From: the human T2T-CHM13v2.0 reference genome, Homo sapiens
Assembly (NCBI RefSeq): GCF_009914755.1
Contig: NC_060938.1
Length of the DNA stretch: 64,000 nt
Strand: one strand, 5' to 3'
In this document: piece by piece, positions 53,628-64,000 of the stretch
Layout of the letters: every line of letters begins with the position of its first letter
How positions within the stretch are numbered: the stretch's first letter is position 1
Translations under genes and position numbers: made by a program
The notes under the pieces: model-generated
Told to the model about the DNA's origin: nothing
Databases searched by the model: none
What the model saw: only the letters and a program-made list of their open reading frames with translations

Positions 53628-55446
53628 GTAGACCACAAAACAAGTCTCAACAAATTTAAGAAAATCAAAATTATATCAAGTTCTCTCTCAGAGCAGAGGG
53701 GAATAAAATTGAAAATCAACTCCAAAAGGAATCCTCAAAACCATGCAAATACATGGAAATTAAATAACCTGCTCCTGAATGATTGTTGGGTCAACAATGA
53801 AATCAAGATGGAAATTTAAAAAATTCTTTGAACTGAGTGATAATAGTGACACAACCTATCACAACCTCTGGGATGGAGCAAAAGTGGTGCAAAGAGGAAA
53901 GTTCATAGCATTAAATGCCTATATCAAAAAGTCTGAAAGCACAAATAGGCAATCTAAGGTCACATATCAAGGAACTATAGAAACAAGAACAAACCAAACC
54001 CAAACCCAACAGAAGAAAAGAAATAACAAAAATCAGAGCAGAACTGAATAAATGAGAAAAAAATATAAATAATGAATGAACCAAGGCTCTTTGAAAAGAT
54101 AAACAAAATTGATAGACCATTACTGAGATTAACCAAGAAAAGAGAGAAGATCCAAATTAGCTGAATTAGAAACAAAACAGGAGATATTACAACCGATACC
54201 ACAGAAAAACAAAAGCTCATTCAGGGCTATTATGAACACCTTTACCCACACAAATTAGAAAACATTGAGGAGGTGGAAAAATTCCTAGAAATGTACGACC
54301 CTCCAAGATTAAACCAGAAAGAAATAGAAACTCTGAACAGACCAATAACAAGTGGCAAGATTGAAATGGTAATTAAAAAATGCCAACCAAAAAATGTCCA
54401 GTATCAGATGACATTCAAAGAAGAATTGGTACCATTCTTGTTGCCACTATTGCAAAAGATAGTGAAAGAGGGATCCCTCCTTAAATCATTCTATGAAGCC
54501 AGTATCACCCTAATACCAAACAAGGAAAGAATATAACAAAAAAAAGACCAATATCCCCGATGAACATAGATGCAAAAATCCTCAACAAAATACTAGCTAA
54601 CTGAACCCAACAGTGTATCAAAAAGATAATTCACCATGATCAAGTGGGTTTCATACCAGGGATGAAGGGATGGCATAAGATACACAAGTCAATAAATGTG
54701 ATACACCACATAAAATTAAAAACAAAAGTTACATGATCATCTCAATAGATGCAGAAAAAGCGTTTGCCAAAATTCAGTATCTCTTTATAATTAAAATCCT
54801 GAGCAAAATCACCATAGAAGGGACATACCTTAAGGTAATAAAATCCATCTATGACACACCTACAGCCAACATTATATTGAACAAGGAAAAGTTGAAAGCA
54901 TTCCCCCTGAGAACTGGAACAAGACAAGGATGTCCACTTTCAACACTTCTATTCAACATAGTACTGGATGTCCTAGCCAGAGCAATCAGACAAGAGAAGG
55001 AAATAAAGAGCATCCATACCAGCAAAGAGGAAATCAAACTGTCACTGTTTGCAGATGATATAATCATATACCTAGAAAATCTAAAGACTCATCCAAAAAT
55101 CTCCTAGAACTGATAAATGAATTCAGTAAAGTTTCAGGATACAAAATCAATGTAGACAAATCAGTAGCACTGCTACATACCAACAGCTGGAAGACCAAAC
55201 ATCATATGTTCTCACATATAAGTGGTAGCTCAGCTATGAGGATGCAAAGGCATAAGAATGACAGAGTAGACTTTGGGGACTTGGGAGGAAGGGTGGTAGA
55301 GGGGCGAGGATTAAAAGACTACACATTGGGTACGATGTACACTGTTCAGATGATGGGTGCAACAAAAATCTCAGAAACCACCACTAAAGAACTTATCCAT
55401 GTATCCAAAAACCACCTGTTCCACCAAAACTTATTGAAATAAAAAA
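53628..55446 (+). mobile_element. L1PB-like element: ORF2 fragment fused to the 3' UTR
   Basis: ORF 54733-55107 encodes RT motifs ([23 protein letters not shown]); L1PB 3' end accaccactaaagaacttatccatg. Confidence 0.92.
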
Positions 55447-55459
55447 TGGAAAGAAAGTT

Positions 55460-56711
55460 TACATTTTCAAATAAAAAATAAAATATACAATAAATTGTTA
55501 ACTATGGTAACCCTATTGTGTTATAAAATACTAGATTTGTTTCATTAATCTAACTGTATTTTTGTAGTCATTATTCATATGTACTTTATCACCCCCTCCT
55601 CCCTATACTTACCAGTCTCTGACAATATCATTCCTCTCTCTGTGTCCATGAATTGAATTTTATTTTTAGCTCCCAGATATCGGTGAGAATATACAATATT
55701 TGTCTTTCTATGCCTATATTATCTCATTTAACATAATGTCCTTCAGTGCCATCCATGTTGTTGCAAATAACAGGATTGCATTTTTCTTTATTGCTGAATC
55801 ATATCCCATTGTCTATATGCTATGCAGCACATATGCATCCTTTGATGGACACCTAAGTTGACTCTATCTCTTGGCTATTGCAAATAGTACTTTAATAAAC
55901 ATGGGAGTGCAGATGGATATCTCTTCAATATATTGATTTCCTTTCTTTTGTATATTTACCCAGCAGTGACATTGTTGGGTCATATGGTCCTTTTAGTTTT
56001 AGCTTTTTGGGGAATCTCCATACTGTTTTCCATAGTGGATACACTAATTTACATTTCCATCAACAGTATATGAGGGCTCCCCTTTCTCCACATCCTCACC
56101 AGCATTCATGACTTCCTGTCTTGGGGATGGGGAAAGCCATTTTAACTGGGCTGAGATAATATCTCACTGTAATATATTGATTTGCATTCTCTAATGATTA
56201 GTGGTGTTGAGCATTATTTTCATATGCCTATTGGCCATTTGTACATCTTCTTTTGAGAAATATGTATCCAGATCATTTGCCCATCTGGTTTGTTTGTTTT
56301 TGTTTTGTTTTCATTCTGTAGCCCAGGTTGGAGTGCAGTGATGCGATCTCGGCTCACTGCAATATCCGCCTCCCAGGCTCAAGCGATTCTCTGCCTCTGC
56401 CTCCTGAGTAGGTGGGACTAAAAATGCGCCCCACCTACCCAACTAATTTTCTGCATTTTCACAGAGACGAGGTTTCACCATGATGCCCAGGGTGGTCTCC
56501 AATTCCTGAGCTCAGGCGATCCACCCACCTCGGGCTCCCAAAGTCTTGGGATTACAGGCGTGAGCCACCGTGCCTGGCCCATTTGCCCATCTTTCAATCA
56601 TTTTATTTGTATTTTTCCTATTGATTTTTTTGAGCTCCTTACACATCCAAGTTATTAACCCCTTGTTAAGTGGATGATTTGCAAATATTTTCTCCTATTC
56701 TATGGGTTGCT
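55460..56711 (-). mobile_element. L1MA 3' portion interrupted by an Alu
   Basis: ccatccatgttgttgcaaataacagg and aataaacatgggagtgcagat motifs. Confidence 0.85.
56287..56580 (-). mobile_element. AluJ
   Basis: caggctcaagcg and cctgagctcaggcg J diagnostics; perfect 12-bp TSD atttgcccatct. Confidence 0.92.
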
Positions 56712-56714
56712 CGT

Positions 56715-56800
56715 GCTGCCTCAGTGGTGGGAGAGGAAGAAGAAAATTCATGTATAAATGGACTTAGGCAGTTTAAACCCATGTGTTTCTGGGGTCAACT
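56715..56800 (+). mobile_element. Tigger2/MER8-like terminal fragment
   Basis: tgtataaatggac...cagtttaaacccatgtg...gggtcaact matches the recalled Tigger2 end. Confidence 0.65.
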
Positions 56801-58074
56801 ATATACTATTACAAGATTTCTACCTTGTTTGTTAAGTAAGAAAATGATAATTCAAGTTAGACTGTAATAAATTAAGGATAAATGATGAAATACCTAGGAT
56901 AATCAGCTTAAAATTAAAGTATAATTTAAAAGACAAAAGAATAAACTGGAATAATGAACAGCACTTGAAGGCAGAATAAAAGAAGAATAAGTAAAAAGGA
57001 ACAGATGGCACAAATAGAAAACAAATAGCAAAATGGTGAACTTAAACCCGACTATATTAATAAATATTTACAGAAGTAATGAATTGGCAGCCATCTCTTG
57101 ATTTTAAAAAGTTATAGAATCATTTAACTTAATTAATGGTTTTTAATCATTTTTACAATGTGTTTAGCCAGTGTAAAAATGATATATTTCAATGTATAAA
57201 AGTAAAATACTGAAGTGAATACATGACATGGATTTTACTCTTAGTCCTTTCTTAAAGTAGAATAAAAGATTTGAAATATCATATGAATTTATTGACCTCA
57301 GTGTTCTTGTATGTAAAATATAAAGGTAGACTAAAATACTTCTACTTTTAAAAATCTAAATATTCTGAGGCCATAGATAAGTTTACACTGTAAATAAAGG
57401 CTATGTAATATTGTAAATAAATATTACTGTGACTAACATGTTAAAAATTTAATGGAAGACAAAAATCTAAAATTCTGTACATTATATTACAAAAATCTAT
57501 TTAATGAAATTATATTGTGTGGATAATTTTTGCACATTCAGGCTTTGTTAAAAAGTAAAAATAATTAAATTTATACATGCACATCCAAGACTAAAGGCAT
57601 TCTTAAGGAAAAATTGCCTATTAAGACAAAACTACTTCCGCCTTTGAATTTTCAAACACAATATTTTCATTACTCTGTATTAACGGAAAAAGATGACAGA
57701 ATAAGCTATTCCTAGTATATAAAACAGAGGGATTTTGAAAGTGAAGGCAACAAATGATGAGCTTGCTCTGTAATATAAACAAGGCTCCCTGAGGTTTTCA
57801 CACTGGGTGGAAAATTGTAACCCAGAAATATTTTTCTCTAAAACATTCCTTTCCATGAATGATCAGAAATTAGATTTGAGTGATTACAGCCAGATTGAAC
57901 AGAGTGAGTCCAGAATGGCAATGAGGCAAAATGTCATGAGAGGCAAAGTCTCTGAAGGGAAGGAGAGTAAGGCTGGACCTCCATAGTATAGAATGAAGGG
58001 AAAGCAGCACCACATCAATATAGCACCATTTTTACCAAATGGATAAACCAAACATTTATTTTAAGAAGATTTAC

Positions 58075-58497
<423 letters not shown>

Positions 58498-58949
58498 CTA
58501 ACATTGTCTCTATATTGAGAATATACAAGCTGATAGAGTCGGGTGGGGGGGGCCATCTTTAAAAAAAAAACAAAAACTTACATTAGTGGTGCTGAGCTTA
58601 GTAAAACAGCTGGAGAATTACAAAAAAATTCTCAAATGTATTGTTAACAAGACCAACTAGTCTATAGTAAAGTGAAATAAACTTTAAACCTTTGAAATCC
58701 TACAACTATTAAGATCTGCCACAGCCATTTTTATGGGACATTTTTCCTAAATATTTGTGTTTCCTTGACATCTTATGTAATTTTCCAATTACATAAGATA
58801 TCAGGGACTATAATAAAATATTCTGGAAACCAATAATGAGTTCTAAGATTACGGTGATTCTCATAAAAATAGTTGCTTACAATAGTGGTGTTTACTACTA
58901 ATCTTTCCATAATTTTTCAGATGCTTTGACTTTATTATGAAATACTGCT

Positions 58950-59295
58950 TTTTAAATCTATTTATATTTATTTTCTATTGTTTTGGATACATAATAATTG
59001 TATATATTTATGGGGTGTATATGATATTTTGATGCAAGCATATAATTGTAATGATCAAATCATAGTAACTGGTATATCCATTGCCTGGAATATCTATCAT
59101 TTGTGTTAGGAGCATTCTAATCCCACTCTTCTTGTTATTTTGAAATATAAAATAAATTATTTTTAACTATAGTTATCCTTTTGCCATCAAACACTAGATC
59201 TTATTGCTTTTATCTAGCTATATTTTTGTGCCTATTAACCATCCCTCCCTGATCTCCCATTCCTCACTGTCCTTCCCAGCTTCTGGCAATCCTGC
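58950..59295 (-). mobile_element. L1MA 3' terminal segment
   Basis: gatacataataattgtatatatttatggggt...ccttcccagcttctggcaa. Confidence 0.85.
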
Positions 59296-59304
59296 ATAAA
59301 AACA

Positions 59305-60532
59305 ACACAGCTGAAAGCATTACATTAACTGACTTTAAATTAAACTATAAAGCTATAGTAAGTAAAAGAGCATAGTACTGGCATGAAAACAGGCACATAG
59401 ACCAGCAGAACAGAATAGAGAACTCAACAAAAACATCCACATATTTACAGTGAACTTATTTTTTACAAAAGTTCAAGGAACATACATTGGAGAAAGGACA
59501 TTCTCTTCAATAGATGGTGCTGGGTAAACTGGATGTACATATACAGAAGGATACAATTAGACCACTGTCTCTTTCCATATATAACATCAAATCAAAATAG
59601 ATTGAAGATTTAAATCTAAGACCTGAAACTATGAAACTACTAGAAGTAAACATTGGAGAAACATTTTAGAATATTGTCTAGGCAAAGATTTCTTGAGAAA
59701 GACCTTAAAAGCACAGGCAACCATGGCAAAAATGGACAAATGGGATCACAACAATCTAAAAAGCTTCTGCACAGCAAACGAAACAATCAACAAAATGAAG
59801 AGAAAACTCACTGTATGGGAGAAAATATTTGCAAATTACTAATCTGCCAGGAGATTAATAACCAAAATATGTAAGGAGCTCAGACAATAAGAAAAAAATC
59901 CAATTTAAAAAATGGGCAAAAGATATGAATAGACATTTCTCAAAAGAAGACATACAAATGGCCAATAAGTCTATAAAAAACGCCCAACATCACTAACCAT
60001 CAGAGAAATGCAAATCAAAACTACAATGAGATATCATCTCACTCTAGTTAAAATGGCTTTTATCCAAAAGATGGGTAATAATGAATGCTGACGAGGATGT
60101 GGAGAAATGGGAACCCTCATACACTGTGGGAATGTAAAGTAGTATATATACCATGGAAAATAGGATGGCAGTTTCTCAAAAAACTAAAAGTAGAACTACC
60201 ATTTGGTACAGAAATGCCACTGTTGGGTATATATGCAAAAGAAAGGAAATCAGTATACTGAAGATATATCTGCACTCCCATATTTATTAAATTACTATTC
60301 ACAATAGCCAAGACATGGAATGAGCCTCAGTGTCCATCAACGAATGTATAAAGAAAATGTGATGCATATAGACAATGGAATATTACTTAGCAATAAAGAA
60401 GAATGAAATCCTGTCATTTGCAACAACATGGATGGCACTGGAGGACATTATGTTAAGTGAAATAATCTAAGCACAGAATGACAAATATTGCATGTTCTCA
60501 CTCATAGATGGGGGCTTAAAAATTAAACTCAT
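59305..60532 (+). mobile_element. L1MA ORF2 end and start of 3' UTR (inverted partner of 58950-59295)
   Basis: ctgactttaaattaaactataaagctatag...atgttctcactcatagatgggggcttaaaaattaaactcat. Confidence 0.85.
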
Positions 60533-60569
60533 AAAATGTGTTTTCTAAAAATATTAAAGTTGATATACT

Positions 60570-62926
60570 CTAAACTAATTCTATGAAGTATTAACTCATT
60601 TTGGTATTACTCTGATACCAAAACCAGACAAAGACACATCAAAAAAGAAACTACAGGCCAATATCTCTGATAAATATTGATGCAAAGAAATCTTCAACAA
60701 AATACTGGCAAACTAAATTCAACAATACATTAAGAAGATCATTCATCATGACCAAAGTAGAATTTGTCCCTGGAATGCAAGGTTGGTTCAAGATTTGCAA
60801 ATCAAACAAGGTGATACATCATATCAACAGAATGAGGGATAAAAACCATATAATTTCAATTGGTGTTGAAAAAGAAGTTGATAAAATTCAACTTCACTTT
60901 ATAATGAAAACCCTAAAAAACTGGGGATAGAAGAAGTATACCTAAATATAATTAAAGCTATAGATGACAGACTCACTGTTAGTATCATACTGAATGGGGA
61001 AAAACTGAAAGCCTTTCCTTTAAGGTCTGGAACACAACAAGGATGCCCACTACCACCACTGTTATTCAACATAGTACTGGAAGTCCTAGCTAGAGCAATC
61101 AGACAAAAGAAAGATATAAATGGCATCCAGATTGGAAAGAAAGATGTCAAATTATCATTGTTTGCAGATAATATGATTTTATATTTGGAAAAACCTAATT
61201 CCACAAAACAAGTATTTGATTTCACAAAGCAACTATTAGAACTGGGAAAACTGGATATATATATGAAGAAGAATGAAACTCAAACCTTATCTCCCACCAT
61301 ATACAAATATTAAATGAAAATGAATTCACGACTGAAATATAAGACTTCAAACTATTAAACAACTACAAGAAAATATTGAATAAAATCTCCAGGACACTGC
61401 TCTGGACAAATATTTCTTGAGTCATACCACATAAGAACAGGAAACCAAGGCAAAAATGGACAAATAGGATTACAACAAGCTAAAAAGCTTTGGTACAGCG
61501 AAGGAAACAATCAACAATGTAAAGAGACAACCCACAGAATGGGAGAAAATATTTGCAAACTATCCATCTGACAAGGGATTAATAACCAGAATATATAAAG
61601 AGCTCAAACAATTCTTAGGAAAAAAATCAAATAATTCAATCAATAAATGGGTAAAATATTTGAATAGACATTTCTCAAAAGAAGACACACAAATGGCAAA
61701 AAGGTATATGAAAAGGTGCTCAACATCATTGATGATCAGATAAATGCAATCAAAACTACAATGAAATATCATCCCCCCCTGCCCCAGTTAAAATGGCTTT
61801 TGTCCAAAAGACAGGCAATAACAAATATTGGAGAGGATGTGGGGATAAGGGAACCCTCGTACACCACTGGTAGGAATGTAAATTAGTTCAACTGCTATAG
61901 AGAACAATGTGGAGGTTCCTCAGAAAATTAAAAATAGAGCTATCATATGATCCAGCAATCACACCTCTGGTTATATACCCAAAATAAAAGAAATCAGTGT
62001 ATCATATCTGCACTCCCATGTTTGTTGCAGCACTTTTTTTTTTTTTTTTTAGATGGAGTCTCACTCTGTCGCCCAGGCTGGAGTGCAATGGCATGATCTC
62101 CGCTCACTGCAAGCCCCACCCCCCCAGGTTCATGCCATTCTCCCGCCTCAGCCTCCTGAGTAGCTGGGACTACAGGTGCCTGCCACCATGCCCAGCTAAT
62201 TTTTTTGTATTTTTAGTAGAGACAGGGTTTCACTGTGTTCGCCAGGATGGTCTCAATCTCCTGACCTCATGATCCGCCCACCTCAGCCTCCCAGAGTGCT
62301 GGGATTACAGGCATGAACCACCGCACCTGGCCTGTTGCTGCACTATTTACAATAGGACCAAAATTTGAAACCAACCTATGTGTACAATAGATGAATGGAT
62401 AATGAAAATGTGGTACTCATCCGTAATGGAGTACTATTCGGTCATAAAAAGAATGTGGTCCTGCCATTTGCAACAACATGGATGGAACTGGAGGTCACAT
62501 GTTAAGTAAAATAAGCCAAGTAGAGAAAGACAAACATCACATGTTCTCAATTATTTGTGGAATGTAAAAATCAAAACAATTAAACATGGAGACAGAGAGT
62601 AAAGGATAGTTTATCGAAGGCTGGGAAGGGTAGTGGAGGGGGTGGAGCAGAGTGGGGATTGCTAATGGGTAAAAACAAACAGAAAATATGAATAGCTAGT
62701 ATTTCATAGCACAACGTTGTCATTATAGTCAAAATAATTGTGCATTTTAAAATAATTAAAGAGTATAATTGGATTACTTATAATACAAAGGATAAATACT
62801 TGAGGGGATGGATACCCCATTTTCTATGATGTGATTACTACACATTGCATGACTGTATTGAAACATCCCATGTAACCCAGAAATATATACCTCTACTATG
62901 TACCCGCAAAAAATAAAAATGAAATA
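60570..62926 (+). mobile_element. L1MA2/3-like, 5'-truncated, internally deleted, interrupted by an Alu
   Basis: RT motifs; 3' end tgaggggatggataccccatt...actatgtaccc; 14-bp TSD aaagttgat(a/c)tact at 60556 and 62927. Confidence 0.9.
62035..62332 (-). mobile_element. Alu (AluY or Sc8-like)
   Basis: gcaagc, ttcatgccattc, gccaggatggtctc diagnostics; TSD tgttgc(a/t)gcact. Confidence 0.93.
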
Positions 62927-64000
62927 AAAGTTGATCTACTTGCTTTGTTTGCTGTTTCTCTTTAAAATGCTATTTTTTTTTTTTTTGGTAATGACTTCAA
63001 TTGAGAGTTTTAACAGTTAATGAAATGACAGATTTTATTATGGCATTTACATATTAAACAAAAACGACAAAAATTACTTTTGCACAATGCTTATGACAGG
63101 TTTAGACTATAAATAGTTATATTCTGAAAGTTTGGTGAGTTAGTTCAAGACTGTTAAAGAATGTTATTGTTACTTTCAAGTAACGGATGAATAATTTAAA
63201 ACCTGGGATGGAATGTTGTACAATAACGTATATTGATGGCTTGGCTATTTTTAGCCCAGCTATAGAAATAAGCCTGAAAGATTTAGAGACAGTTGACTAG
63301 GAAATTCAGAATACTAGCTTAATGGTAAAAAGAAATGGTTTGGATGCCTTAAAGGTGCATATACAATTATTAGTATACTTAATGTGGAGTGCAATAAATA
63401 CTTTTCTGATATGTTGTTGAGGTCATTAACATGAAGGAATGAGTAATCAAAAATAATTTCTGTAGCTAATTACTGAAATATGTGTACATCTGTGCTATTG
63501 CTAAACTTCTCTTATTGGTTTACTGAGTAAGAAGTTAGACAAAATAATTTGGACATAAAGATGCATGGCAGAAGTCTCTTGGATCAATAACAGATTGTCT
63601 GAAACTAGATTTCTGAATACCCAAATTATAATGAAACACGTTGTAAAATGAAAACTCAGAAAAGGATTTAGAAGACAGGTGTAAAGAAAAAAAACTTGCA
63701 TTTTATCAGTCAGAAACTGATTCATGGAGAAGACTGATGGAGCAGAGAAGGAAAGAATGCTATCATGAGTTCAATTTGTGTGACTTTCAAGAGAATACCT
63801 CTGTTAACCAGGGTCTAGCTTTCTCCTGGAGGTAATAAACACTTCTTCTCACTTATTCATGGTTCTGTGGTAGTGAGAATACTTAGTTCAAAACAACCAA
63901 CTTTAATCTATAAATGGATAAACATAAAAATGACATAACAAAACAATGATATAAAAGCAGAGAAAATATGACCAAAAAGAAAAATTAAGATAATAATAGA

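Noticed and set aside
54733-55107. Reverse transcriptase ORF as an active or novel RT system
   Set aside because: Ordinary L1 ORF2 fragment with frameshifts and stops on both sides and a large deletion.
63500-63835. Possible exon or CR1/L3 remnant near the window end
   Set aside because: Frames are interrupted and I cannot support either a repeat or a gene assignment by eye.

Overview
AT-rich, CpG-poor primate genomic DNA (human-like; a HERV-W LTR17 points to a catarrhine), intronic or intergenic. I recognise no host protein-coding gene: ORFs in the track are Alu, L1, MaLR or LTR translations or chance frames. Much of the window is interspersed repeat: nine Alus, many L1 fragments, THE1, a two-LTR MSTA element nested in MER6 and itself carrying an ERV1 solo LTR, MLT1, LTR16 with ERVL internal sequence, solo LTR17, MADE1, Tigger3b, MER5B, MIR and L2. 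The most unusual area is 3.5-10 kb. It holds a 24-copy, 90% AT minisatellite built entirely of inverted arms (5323-6077) and a 23-nt exact motif present twice in apparently unique DNA (4534 and 5118). Each motif copy lies in a candidate minus-strand non-coding exon with good splice signals, and inverted Alus bracket the block. Also notable are a ~150-bp local duplication of non-repeat DNA (32891/35711) and an old L1MA with twin-priming inversion geometry (58950-60532). Subfamily names come from recalled consensus features, not a database search, and boundaries of old repeats are approximate.
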